This document shows, piece after piece, positions 1-8,485 of a DNA stretch of 26,885 bases (positions are counted from its first letter, which is position 1; each line of letters starts with the position of its first letter). Location of the stretch: IMG/VR virus record IMGVR_UViG_3300017913_002459, positions 1 through 26,885 of that record, one strand, 5' to 3'. The position numbers were made by a program, and so were the translations under genes. The stretch comes from a virus. Lineage: Duplodnaviria > Caudoviricetes. Below the pieces are notes generated by a model. That model was not told where the DNA came from. It saw only the letters and a list, made by a program, of their open reading frames with translations, and made no database searches.

Positions 1-162
1 CTGTCATAATTTGGCAAAGCATCAATATCTGGAAGTTACTCCTGAAACGCATCTCTGAGTCTCCTCAGTCATACGCTGTCACCACAACTACTGATCCAAG
101 TTAATGCCTTTGTAAAGCATCGTTTCCTTGCACTATCTAACTCTGACCGTCGTCTAAGTTAT
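1..162 (-). ncRNA. Putative structured RNA or structured leader, truncated by the window edge
   Basis: Lies just downstream of a sigma70-like promoter. Minus-strand helices: CTGAG-GAGA-CTCAG (55-68, GNRA loop) extended by 47-52/71-76; 21-27/89-95; 11-14/96-99; 103-110/114-121. Mismatches resolve as G-U pairs on the minus strand. Confidence 0.5.
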
Positions 163-168
163 GTATAT

Positions 169-197
169 AATATAGTGCTTCTTAAGGTAAAAGTCAA
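169..197 (-). promoter_or_regulatory. sigma70-type (early/host RNAP) promoter TTGACT-N17-TATATT
   Basis: -35 at 192-197, -10 at 169-174, exact 17-nt spacer, AT-rich UP-like tract at about 200-220. Confidence 0.8.
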
Positions 198-220
198 GTA
201 TTTTTTTAAATTTTTTTCAT

Positions 221-248
221 AAAAAAAGCAGAGCCGAAGCTCTGCTTT
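221..248 (-). terminator. Rho-independent terminator after the major capsid gene
   Basis: Minus strand AAAGCAGAGC-TTCG-GCTCTGCTTTTTTT: perfect stem, UUCG tetraloop and U-tract, about 25 nt after the gp23 stop. Confidence 0.92.
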
Positions 249-272
249 CTTGTTTGTGGATCCAAACAGTTC

Positions 273-1436
273 TTACTGGAATGTAAGTGTGCTTGAGTCA
301 ACACCGATCTTCGCTAGGTAGTCTGCTGCGTTACCTAGTGATGATGCTTGGTTGTTTAGCTCAACATAGCCATAACGTGTCATGAATGATACTGTTGGCT
401 CGAATGTTGCTGGATCTAGTACTGTGCCTGATGACATTAGTGGGATGTATGGGCAGTAGAATGCTGCTGCGTCAATTTCACCTTCACCTTTGTAACCAAC
501 TAGGATCTCTGTTGAGTCGTTTGCGTACTGGTCTACGAAAACACGCATTGTGTTGTTTAGTGTACCAACGAATTTTGTATTTGTTGGTGCTTCGAATGGA
601 CCTTCTGTTGTACGTGCAAACGCTGAAGTTGTAGCTGATTGTAGTACTGTTAGCATTGTTGGTGATACAACAACGTAGTTACCTGCGCCACGGCGTGTGC
701 GTGTTGCGATTAGGTTTGCTGCACGGTTGATTAGAACCGCTAGTGCTGCGTGTTGGTCACCTACGAATGTAGCGTGACCTGATACGTTACCTTGTGAGTA
801 TGTATCTGTTGCTGTGCCTGCTAGTGTACGTAGTGATGTTAGAACTTCTTGGTCGATTTCTGCAGTAATTTCTTGTGCAAGTGCTTGCATGATTTCTGCT
901 TCAACGTCTAGACCGTGCATTGAGTTAGCGTCTTGCGCTGCTTCAAATGTCCAACGTGCTGATAGCTTGCGTGTTTTAGCTTCCACTGTCTGCTTTAGAA
1001 CTTGGATGCTTAGTTTACGGCCTGCTTCTGCTTCTAGTGTAGCTGTTGAAGTTGGACCACCTGTCGCTGCGTCACCTGAATAACCACGTGCAATTGCAAA
1101 TGGTGATAGTGCTTCGTCACCTGCGTTTACGCCGCCAGCTGCTTCGCTGTAACGTACACGTAGTGTGTGAATTTGGCCTACTGGACCTGTCATTGGCTGA
1201 ACGCCTACTAGTTCGTTCGCGATAACTGTTGGCATAACGCGGCGAATAACTGGTAGGATAACTTTGTTCATAGTTGCAATGTTACCTGCCATTGTTGAGC
1301 CAGCTGCTGCTGATTCTGAAAGGTGTGCTTTAGTGTTTTCTAGAACTGATTCCATTACCACCTTTTTGTTGCCTGCTAGACCATCTGTCAGAGCGTCTTT
1401 TGTTACACTCCAATTTTCAAATAGATTTTGTGTCAT
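273..1436 (-). CDS. gp23: Major capsid protein, T4 gp23-like
   Basis: Motifs VGVQPMTGPVGQIHTLR, VEAKTRKLSARWTFEAAQD, EITAEIDQE, AFYCPYIPL, FMTRYG; last gene of the portal-protease-scaffold series. Confidence 0.96.
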   Translation of the reverse strand: MTQNLFENWSVTKDALTDGLAGNKKVVMESVLENTKAHLSESAAAGSTMAGNIATMNKVILPVIRRVMPTVIANELVGVQPMTGPVGQIHTLRVRYSEAAGGVNAGDEALSPFAIARGYSGDAATGGPTSTATLEAEAGRKLSIQVLKQTVEAKTRKLSARWTFEAAQDANSMHGLDVEAEIMQALAQEITAEIDQEVLTSLRTLAGTATDTYSQGNVSGHATFVGDQHAALAVLINRAANLIATRTRRGAGNYVVVSPTMLTVLQSATTSAFARTTEGPFEAPTNTKFVGTLNNTMRVFVDQYANDSTEILVGYKGEGEIDAAAFYCPYIPLMSSGTVLDPATFEPTVSFMTRYGYVELNNQASSLGNAADYLAKIGVDSSTLTFQ

Positions 1437-1447
1437 TGGTATACTCC

Positions 1448-2539
1448 TTATTTGATACCGGCTAATTTTTTAAGGTTAATAATTTCGGCATCGCTTTCAG
1501 AAATCTGTGTGCTTGCCTTATTACCTGTAATCTCAGTCTTCTGAGATTCTGTTAGTGTTTTTGCGCTTGTTTTAACTGATTCGTTAAGAACAGTTGGTAA
1601 GTACTTTTTGTAAGCTGCTGATAGTTTATCAGTTTGTACGCTTTCAAGCAAGTTACTCATTAAATCACGCTTTTCTTTTGCTAGCGGTGATAGCAATTCA
1701 TCAAGTGTAGCTTTACGTAGGTTTGCTTCTTTAATGTTTGCTGCTTTTTTCTCCGCTTCTGCAATCATTGTTTCTTTTTCAGCAACAGCTTTTTGCGCTT
1801 CCGCTAGTTGTGCTTTTACTTCTGCCATTTCAGCAGTTAGTTTAGAAACAGTTGTGCCTTCTGCTAGGTGTGAACCTGTAAATTCAGCTGCAAATGTTTC
1901 AAAGATCTTACGACCAAACATGTTTTCTTTTGCAGTTTGAATATCTTCTTTAAGTGTGCTTAATTCGCCTTTTAGTGTTGATTCAACAATATTCGCTAGC
2001 TTTTCACTTGCTTTAGATACAAATTCTTTCTTAGCTTGGGCAATGATTTCTTTACCTTCAGAAACAAGTTTTACTTTTTGTTCAATAAGATCTTTCTTGT
2101 CTTGATGGAATTCGTTAAGTTCTGTTGTTAGCTGCTCCATTACAAAGTCTTCTAACTTTTCAAAGTTAGTTTCTTGAAGTCTGCGATCAGCATGTAGCTC
2201 TTGGATTTCTTTTTGTAGTGTTTCCATTACAAAACGATCCAGTAGAGCAGTATGCTCTTTGATTTGTTTCTGATAATTTACTTGTGCTTCCATAGCTAGT
2301 TTTTTATCTTGTTGAAACTCCTCAAGTTCAGAAGTAATTGTGTCTTTTAACATTGCATCTAGTGCTTCCACCATCTGCTCTTTGTCTGTTTCATAACGTT
2401 GTGCAAATTCTTCACGTAGTTCAACTGTAATTTCTTCACGAGCTTCACTAAGTTTTGCTTCCCACGCTTCTGAAAGAGTTGTACGCACTTCTTCTGATAG
2501 CATTTCAGAACTTAGGAGTTGTTCAATTGCATGAGCCAT
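1448..2539 (-). CDS. gp22: Prohead core/scaffold protein, T4 gp22-like
   Basis: 363 aa Glu/Lys-rich coiled-coil protein between protease and capsid; FGRKIFETF motif; several L/I-x-E sites near the C-terminus. Confidence 0.8.
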   Translation of the reverse strand: MAHAIEQLLSSEMLSEEVRTTLSEAWEAKLSEAREEITVELREEFAQRYETDKEQMVEALDAMLKDTITSELEEFQQDKKLAMEAQVNYQKQIKEHTALLDRFVMETLQKEIQELHADRRLQETNFEKLEDFVMEQLTTELNEFHQDKKDLIEQKVKLVSEGKEIIAQAKKEFVSKASEKLANIVESTLKGELSTLKEDIQTAKENMFGRKIFETFAAEFTGSHLAEGTTVSKLTAEMAEVKAQLAEAQKAVAEKETMIAEAEKKAANIKEANLRKATLDELLSPLAKEKRDLMSNLLESVQTDKLSAAYKKYLPTVLNESVKTSAKTLTESQKTEITGNKASTQISESDAEIINLKKLAGIK

Positions 2540-3178
2540 TTATCTTCTCCCAATATCTAAGTTATTAATAAATTTAAGTACCTCACTCTGAAGATACTTT
2601 TGAGCCGCATCGTCGTGATTCGTAGCTTCTGCAACATCTAATAAGATATTACCACGTCTACCATTCATAATTTGCTCATATAGAGGATCTGGATACGCAT
2701 CTGGTGCGCTTGGGTTAGCAACGATATCAACTGTTTGAATATCAAATCCACTAACTTTTCCGCTGTCATTTACGTTTCCACTTCCTCTTGACGATACGCC
2801 AAGTCTTGCCCCACAGTCAATAAGAGTTTTACAAATATTTCCTAGTGGTGTAGGTAGTAGTTTTAGGCGTCCTATACCGTCATCACCGTTCATCCACATA
2901 CGTTCAATCATATGTGAAACACGGTCTAGATTAACCTGCAAGTCATCTGGATGATCCGCTTCACCTAATACTGTAAATCCATCGTCAATTCTTTGTTGTA
3001 TGCTGTCAACAGCTTTCTTAATTTCATGACTTGGATAAATTCTTTGGTTTTGATTCGGCTTGTTACCCTGAATAAAAATACCTTCCATGAACAGACTTTT
3101 ACCGCCCTGACCGTCGTCTAACGTCTCAGTTACGATTTTAGCCTGTTTCCATGTAAGGTGTTCAGTTAGCTTCATCAT
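2540..3178 (-). CDS. gp21: Prohead core protease, T4 gp21-like
   Basis: Motifs MEGIFIQ, NQNQRIYP, LGEADHP, VSH, LGVSSRGSG (catalytic Ser), DIVANPSAPDAYP. Confidence 0.95.
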   Translation of the reverse strand: MMKLTEHLTWKQAKIVTETLDDGQGGKSLFMEGIFIQGNKPNQNQRIYPSHEIKKAVDSIQQRIDDGFTVLGEADHPDDLQVNLDRVSHMIERMWMNGDDGIGRLKLLPTPLGNICKTLIDCGARLGVSSRGSGNVNDSGKVSGFDIQTVDIVANPSAPDAYPDPLYEQIMNGRRGNILLDVAEATNHDDAAQKYLQSEVLKFINNLDIGRR

Positions 3179-4060
3179 TTATTTTGGCGCCTTGTTAATT
3201 AGAGAATCTGTACCTGGTTTAGCTGGCGCTGCACCTTTTTTCTCTGCACCGTGACCGCGGTTTTCTGGCTTCAAGCCTGCGCCGTCACCTGGGTGTGTTA
3301 CGCCCATGTCTTTTGCGTTTTCGTCTGATAGGCCTTTTGATGAACCTTCTGAACCTTTAGCACCAGTTTTGATAGTTTCGCCGCCCATATCGTTTTTGCC
3401 TGCTACTGGAGACGCTTTTCCGTCTTCACCTGCTGGCATATCGATTGGGTGGATTCTTTTATCTGCACCTACTTTTTTTAGGTCTGCTGCTTCTTCTAGT
3501 TCTTCAGCTTCTTCGTCTAGCTCTTCTTCGTCTGACTCTTCTGATTCAAAAGCATATGACTCTTCTTCCATTTCTGGCTCTTCGCCATCCATGTCCATGT
3601 CCATGTCGTCTGCTGGCTCTTCTGAGTCACCGCCCATAATAGCTGCAAATTCTGCTTTTAGATCTGCAAGTGCATCTTCAACGTTCATCATAGCGTCTTC
3701 TACGCTATCCATGTCACCATCTTCTGCGCCTGCTTCATCATCGCCTGCTAGTTCTAGTTCTGCATCCATTTCTTCTTCTTCGTCATCTTCGCCAAACATT
3801 TCTTCAGCTTCGATTTCGTCTTCATCAGATTCAATGCTTTCGATATCGTCGATAAAATCACCTGATTCTTCATCGCCGATAGCTTCTTCTAGTTCTTCTT
3901 CTGACACGTCTTCTTCAACAATGTCATCTTGCTCTACAAGATCTGAGTAGATCTCACGAGCCTTTTCAACAAAAGCTTCGTGTAATAGTTCAGATGCTTT
4001 CGCTTCCTCACCATTAACTAGGCTTTCAATAATCTTTGTATAACGATCTTGAGCACTCAT
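3179..4060 (-). CDS. Highly acidic prohead core/internal protein (positional analogue of T4 gp67/gp68)
   Basis: 293 aa with a D/E-rich low-complexity centre; between portal and protease; own TAAATA box and SD (GAAGGAG). Confidence 0.65.
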   Translation of the reverse strand: MSAQDRYTKIIESLVNGEEAKASELLHEAFVEKAREIYSDLVEQDDIVEEDVSEEELEEAIGDEESGDFIDDIESIESDEDEIEAEEMFGEDDEEEEMDAELELAGDDEAGAEDGDMDSVEDAMMNVEDALADLKAEFAAIMGGDSEEPADDMDMDMDGEEPEMEEESYAFESEESDEEELDEEAEELEEAADLKKVGADKRIHPIDMPAGEDGKASPVAGKNDMGGETIKTGAKGSEGSSKGLSDENAKDMGVTHPGDGAGLKPENRGHGAEKKGAAPAKPGTDSLINKAPK

Positions 4061-4097
4061 AGTAAATCTCCTTCATGAATATAGGTTATAACAATTG

Positions 4098-4103
4098 TAT
4101 TTA
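4098..4103 (-). promoter_or_regulatory. T4-like late promoter (TAAATA)
   Basis: TTAAATAC on the minus strand about 38 nt upstream of the acidic core gene. Confidence 0.65.
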
Positions 4104-4134
4104 AGGCATATTGGTTATAAGTAAGCCAAAACGC

Positions 4135-4170
4135 TGAAAAAACCGCGATTTTTTTTAAAATTGCGGTTTT
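4135..4170 (-). terminator. Possible terminator hairpin after the portal/small ORF
   Basis: Inverted repeat AAAACCGCGATTTT/AAAATTGCGGTTTT with T-runs on both sides; one mismatch. Confidence 0.5.
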
Positions 4171-4206
4171 CTTATAAGTTTATGAGTATTTGTATTCGAT
4201 AAATGC

Positions 4207-4401
4207 CTACTCAGATGGAGGTGCTGAATACATTTCCTTGTAGCCTGAAACCATTTTTTCATGTTCAGCTTTTGCTGATTCACGTCTTTTTCTCATTTTA
4301 TTTAGGTGTCTAAGTGTCATTTTTGGTCTACGAGTATCGTCAATATCCCATTTACCAAAATCATCATCTTCTGCACTTTGAGCAATCTCATTAAATCTCA
4401 T
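4207..4401 (-). CDS. Small head-region protein (64 aa; start revised to MRFNEI)
   Basis: ATG at 4401 with a GGAGGAG SD overlapping the portal 3' end; basic DTRRPKMTLRHLNKMRK segment; the longer ORF-track start lies inside the portal gene. Confidence 0.75.
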   Translation of the reverse strand: MRFNEIAQSAEDDDFGKWDIDDTRRPKMTLRHLNKMRKRRESAKAEHEKMVSGYKEMYSAPPSE

Positions 4402-6052
4402 TTTGATCTCCTCCAACATCACCTGATGTTTCACTACCAATTGGACTATCAGCATCTGTACCACCCATATCTGTAGCTGCTTCATTTTCTGCATCTACAT
4501 CAGTTGGCTCAAATCCTTCAATATCACCTGTTCTAATACCGACACTACCAAGATCTCTATTTGTGTCTGATTCTGGTTTAGAATCAACATTTTCGTTTCT
4601 CCACGCAATTTCATTTTCAATAATCTCGTCTTCAGTAAGACCGAGATATTTCTTGAGAATGAAGCGTCTACTCAAATATTGTACACCTTCCACACCACCA
4701 AACATATTGACACGTGTTTGATCCAATTCCATTTCTCTATAATTCGAGAAGTTTTGAGATTCAGTAAATGTAATCTCAAACAAATTGGTTGGAATATTGA
4801 TGCCACGATGCTTTAGGAACATCTTAAACTCTTTATCAAAATGTGCTTGTAGTGTTTTTTGTAAACGTTCACAATATTTTGCAAATCTATACTCTTGAAT
4901 CAGTGCTGTGCCAACTCTGCCGTCCTGATATGTTTGTGTCCCGTCTTCACCACCTGTTGGTAGATAACTGCTAGGAACACGCAAACCACGCATAAGTTTA
5001 TTATTAAAATATTTTAAATCGTCAATTTCGCCTAGGTTGTCACCACCAGGTAAAACTTCTACTTTTGAACCTCTACCCTCGGCTGTTTGAGCAAAGAAAT
5101 AATCTTCCATGATTGACAGCGGATTGTATGCTGCATCCATTACGTTTGTACCGCCGCCTGATTTATTTGGGATACGTGTCTGATGTACTTCATTTTTTGT
5201 ACGCTCAATAAACGCCATTGCTTTGTGAGCTGGCATATTACCAACATCAATATAAAATACACGGCGTTCAGGCGCACGTTGTACACGGTAGATAATAATA
5301 CTATCTTCTAATAATTCTTTTTGTTTATAAACTTTAAACACACTATCAAGGATACTAATACCAAATGGCCAAGCATTGTTTAGTCCATCACTCAAACTAA
5401 CATGCACCATGTTTGTTGCATCAACTGCAAACTCATGATTGCCAATGCTACCAGTAATATGACCAGCATTGTTATTGTACTTGTTATTTGGAGTAGTCAT
5501 CGTAGCAGATGTATCTTGAAGTTTCTTTGTATCAACCACAACCTTATCTTGTAAGTTCAATTGTAGATTTTTTAAAATATACTGATCAATTTCTTTACCA
5601 GTGCTTTCATTTACAATGGCCTTTGTTACATCACTAGGATTTACCCAATAAAGAATGTATGTTTCTGGATCACGTACAAAAAACTGATCACCATACTTAA
5701 TTGCTGATCTAAAAATACCAAACATACGTTTGTCAAAGTCGTTGATGTTGTTCCACTGATTTAGTGCGGTATCAAGAGCACTTGATTCACTTTCAGTAGG
5801 ATCATCTTTGTATTTGATTCTGAATGGAGTTTCGGTTGCCTCATCATCCTGAGTACAGAACTCAGCAATAGTATCCAGTGCTGCATTAATTTCACTGTCT
5901 TGATCCATTTGATCATACTGAGTATAACGTTCAACACGATTAGGCTGCCCTGAGTAAACCTCAGGCAACCAACTTTGCCATCTACTTGTTCTTGCGTTTC
6001 CTGAGTTACCAGGAACGTCCACTCTTGTGAAATGTTTCTTCCAGCCTGCCAT
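4391..6052 (-). CDS. gp20: Portal vertex protein, T4 gp20-like
   Basis: Motifs LLEDSIIIYRVQRAPERRVFYIDVGNMP, MEDYFF, EGRGSKVEVLPGGDNLGEIDD, LRVPSSYL. Confidence 0.96.
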   Translation of the reverse strand: MAGWKKHFTRVDVPGNSGNARTSRWQSWLPEVYSGQPNRVERYTQYDQMDQDSEINAALDTIAEFCTQDDEATETPFRIKYKDDPTESESSALDTALNQWNNINDFDKRMFGIFRSAIKYGDQFFVRDPETYILYWVNPSDVTKAIVNESTGKEIDQYILKNLQLNLQDKVVVDTKKLQDTSATMTTPNNKYNNNAGHITGSIGNHEFAVDATNMVHVSLSDGLNNAWPFGISILDSVFKVYKQKELLEDSIIIYRVQRAPERRVFYIDVGNMPAHKAMAFIERTKNEVHQTRIPNKSGGGTNVMDAAYNPLSIMEDYFFAQTAEGRGSKVEVLPGGDNLGEIDDLKYFNNKLMRGLRVPSSYLPTGGEDGTQTYQDGRVGTALIQEYRFAKYCERLQKTLQAHFDKEFKMFLKHRGINIPTNLFEITFTESQNFSNYREMELDQTRVNMFGGVEGVQYLSRRFILKKYLGLTEDEIIENEIAWRNENVDSKPESDTNRDLGSVGIRTGDIEGFEPTDVDAENEAATDMGGTDADSPIGSETSGDVGGDQNEI

Positions 6053-6070
6053 AATAATAAACCTTTAATG

Positions 6071-6076
6071 TATTTA
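6071..6076 (-). promoter_or_regulatory. T4-like late promoter (TAAATA)
   Basis: CTAAATAC overlapping the stop of the 803-aa gene, 18 nt upstream of the portal ATG. Confidence 0.65.
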
Positions 6077-8485
6077 GCCGTTTACAGACGAGTTAGCATG
6101 CTCACGTCTCTTTTGAGACAGTAGTGCATCTACTGCTCTTTCCAGCTGTCTAAGTGATTGTACACTACTTTGTTTCATTTGTCGAATGATTTCTAACTCA
6201 CTTGAGTTATCACTTGCAGCTTCTTGTGTAATTTGAGTTACCATATTTAATGGTTGCACTAACTGAGGCGCTGACTGCTGTATTATTGTCGCAGCATTAT
6301 CATCCATACTTGATCCAAGCATTGATGTAATCTGATTAAGACCCTGAATTAATCCTGCACTTATTGGCTGTGTAGTGTCTCTTGGTGCTGATATTTCTGG
6401 GTTAGTATTTCCGTCAGGCGCTCTAGGTATAACATCTTGTCCATGCTCTGTTGTGTGCGCATCTTCAATTGTGCCATTTTCATCTGGCGTAAATCTTTCA
6501 GGGCCACGTTCACCAACAAGATATGAACGTCCAGCAGTCACAGCACCGCCAACTTCTCTACCTTGCAGTCTATCAAATTCTTCCAATAGTTGCTGGCTGC
6601 CGTATGTTAGGAACCCATTGCTGTCTCTTCCACTTACTGAACCAAAACCACCAAGCAATCTTTCAAGTGGATTAGCTGCAAAATTAACAATATTACCACC
6701 ATATCCAATAATTGACCCAAGCCCACCGGCATCTATAAGAGCTTCGTTGTTCTTGTCACGTATATATTGCAACATTTCCAACTGTTCAACTTCAGTAACA
6801 TCTTCGCCATTTCTCATTTTGGCAGCTATTTCTTCTAGTCCAAAAATGTCTTCTTCGCCAAACATTGTATTAACAAAACCATTGATATCTTGACTGCCTT
6901 CTCTGATTATTCCAGCAAACGCACCCAGAACATCTGCTCCTGTTTCAAGATTGAATGTAAATGTATCTTGTACATTTCTTACTGCAATACTCATATCATT
7001 GAACGACTGTGTTAATTCTCCTGCATTTGCCATGCTGTCGCCAGCTTCAGTGATTGCGGCTGTATACTCTGCTCTGTCTAATTCAGCAAATGCACCCAGT
7101 TGCTTTTGCATTGATAGTGCAGCGGCTTGCATATTACGTATACCAACCAACGGACCATCTGCTCCTGACAACACGGTGTCCATGTTAGCAATATTATCTG
7201 TCATTGATTGAATCAAGAAATTGTGTGAGTTTTCAACATCACCAGTTCTCATTGCTGCATTAATTTCGTCAACTAAATTTGGTGCTACTTGTTGAAGTTC
7301 CGCATAAACTTGAGGATTGTCTTTCAAGTAAGTGTGCATATCAAAATTAGACATATTATCACGGGCATCAAACATAGCTTGTGTAAATGCTTGTTGTAAT
7401 ATATTACCAGCATCGCTTCCTGCTGCATCAAAGTGTGGAGACATTAAGCCGAATTGAACACCAATGTCTTCAATTAAGTCTCTTCTTTCAAAGTCTCCCA
7501 ATTCTTCCAGCCTTGCCATTGTTGCGGCAACCTGTCTATCATTAGCAAATGCTTGGCGTTTTGCCAGTAGTTCACTACGACTTTCACCGGTTAGATTAGC
7601 CAGTGCCGTCTGTTCCATCATAAGATTAATAAATGAGCTCTGTGCTTTTTCTTGAGCATTTGCTGTATCACGATTAATAAATCCTGTAACACGCATAATT
7701 TCTAATTCATCAGCATATGCACTAATCATTTCATCATGACTTAATCCCAAGTCACCCAGTACATCAGTTGCTTGTGATAGTGCAGTAAAGTTGCTCAAGA
7801 ATTTATCAGCACCACTGGAAACATCATTGCCAAATACCATCATTGCAGTTCCGTGACTCTGAATAGTTTCTACAAATTTACCATAAGCAATACCAACGTC
7901 TGCTGTTCTTTGGAAAAACTCATTAAACTTTGATTCACTGTCGTACATGATAGCGCCAGCGTCTATCATCGCTTGCTGTGCTTCGTTAAATTGTTCAAGT
8001 TTAGCAACATTCCAACCAATCAGCGCACCCGCGGCTGCACCTGCACTTTTAATTCCTGGCAGGTAGCCGCCCATTGCGCCGCTTAGTTTTTCAAAGACCC
8101 CAGTTCCACTCAACAATCTAGATGTCAATTTGCCGGCGCCGCCTGCCATTGTTCCCATCATTCGCATCATGCTGCTTAATGGTTTATCAGTGTCACTTAA
8201 TCCAGTAACAAAATCTTTAACACTGTCCGCAAGATCTTCAGTTAACTTTTTTTGTTTTTTGTTGTCTACTTCCAGTGTGCCTAATGATTCTTGTGCTTCT
8301 TTAAGAGAATCTGACATATCATCTGTATTGAAGTTTAGAGCTGTAAGTTGTTTTACAAGTGCAACTTCATTACCGACAATTTTTGAAAGGTTTGTTTTGA
8401 TTGCAGCAAGAGTGGTTTCACTAGCCCATGCTGGTACTGGTACTGTTGTACCATCTGGCAATCTTATATTATGTTGTTCAGGCAC
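6074..8485 (-). CDS. Tape-measure-like tail protein (paralog 1)
   Basis: 803 aa, helical Ala/Gly/Met-rich; C-terminal GREVGGAVTAGRSYLVGERGPERF motif typical of tape-measure proteins; GTG start overlapping the upstream stop. Confidence 0.7.
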   Translation of the reverse strand: MPEQHNIRLPDGTTVPVPAWASETTLAAIKTNLSKIVGNEVALVKQLTALNFNTDDMSDSLKEAQESLGTLEVDNKKQKKLTEDLADSVKDFVTGLSDTDKPLSSMMRMMGTMAGGAGKLTSRLLSGTGVFEKLSGAMGGYLPGIKSAGAAAGALIGWNVAKLEQFNEAQQAMIDAGAIMYDSESKFNEFFQRTADVGIAYGKFVETIQSHGTAMMVFGNDVSSGADKFLSNFTALSQATDVLGDLGLSHDEMISAYADELEIMRVTGFINRDTANAQEKAQSSFINLMMEQTALANLTGESRSELLAKRQAFANDRQVAATMARLEELGDFERRDLIEDIGVQFGLMSPHFDAAGSDAGNILQQAFTQAMFDARDNMSNFDMHTYLKDNPQVYAELQQVAPNLVDEINAAMRTGDVENSHNFLIQSMTDNIANMDTVLSGADGPLVGIRNMQAAALSMQKQLGAFAELDRAEYTAAITEAGDSMANAGELTQSFNDMSIAVRNVQDTFTFNLETGADVLGAFAGIIREGSQDINGFVNTMFGEEDIFGLEEIAAKMRNGEDVTEVEQLEMLQYIRDKNNEALIDAGGLGSIIGYGGNIVNFAANPLERLLGGFGSVSGRDSNGFLTYGSQQLLEEFDRLQGREVGGAVTAGRSYLVGERGPERFTPDENGTIEDAHTTEHGQDVIPRAPDGNTNPEISAPRDTTQPISAGLIQGLNQITSMLGSSMDDNAATIIQQSAPQLVQPLNMVTQITQEAASDNSSELEIIRQMKQSSVQSLRQLERAVDALLSQKRREHANSSVNG

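Noticed and set aside
3590-3607. CATGTC short tandem repeat
   Set aside because: Simply encodes DMDMDMD in the low-complexity acidic protein
3306-3950. 214-aa Ser-rich + strand ORF
   Set aside because: Antisense shadow of the GAA/GAT-rich acidic gene; no independent signals
4402-4494. N-terminal extension of the 95-aa ORF
   Set aside because: Overlaps the portal gene; a better SD and ATG exist at 4401
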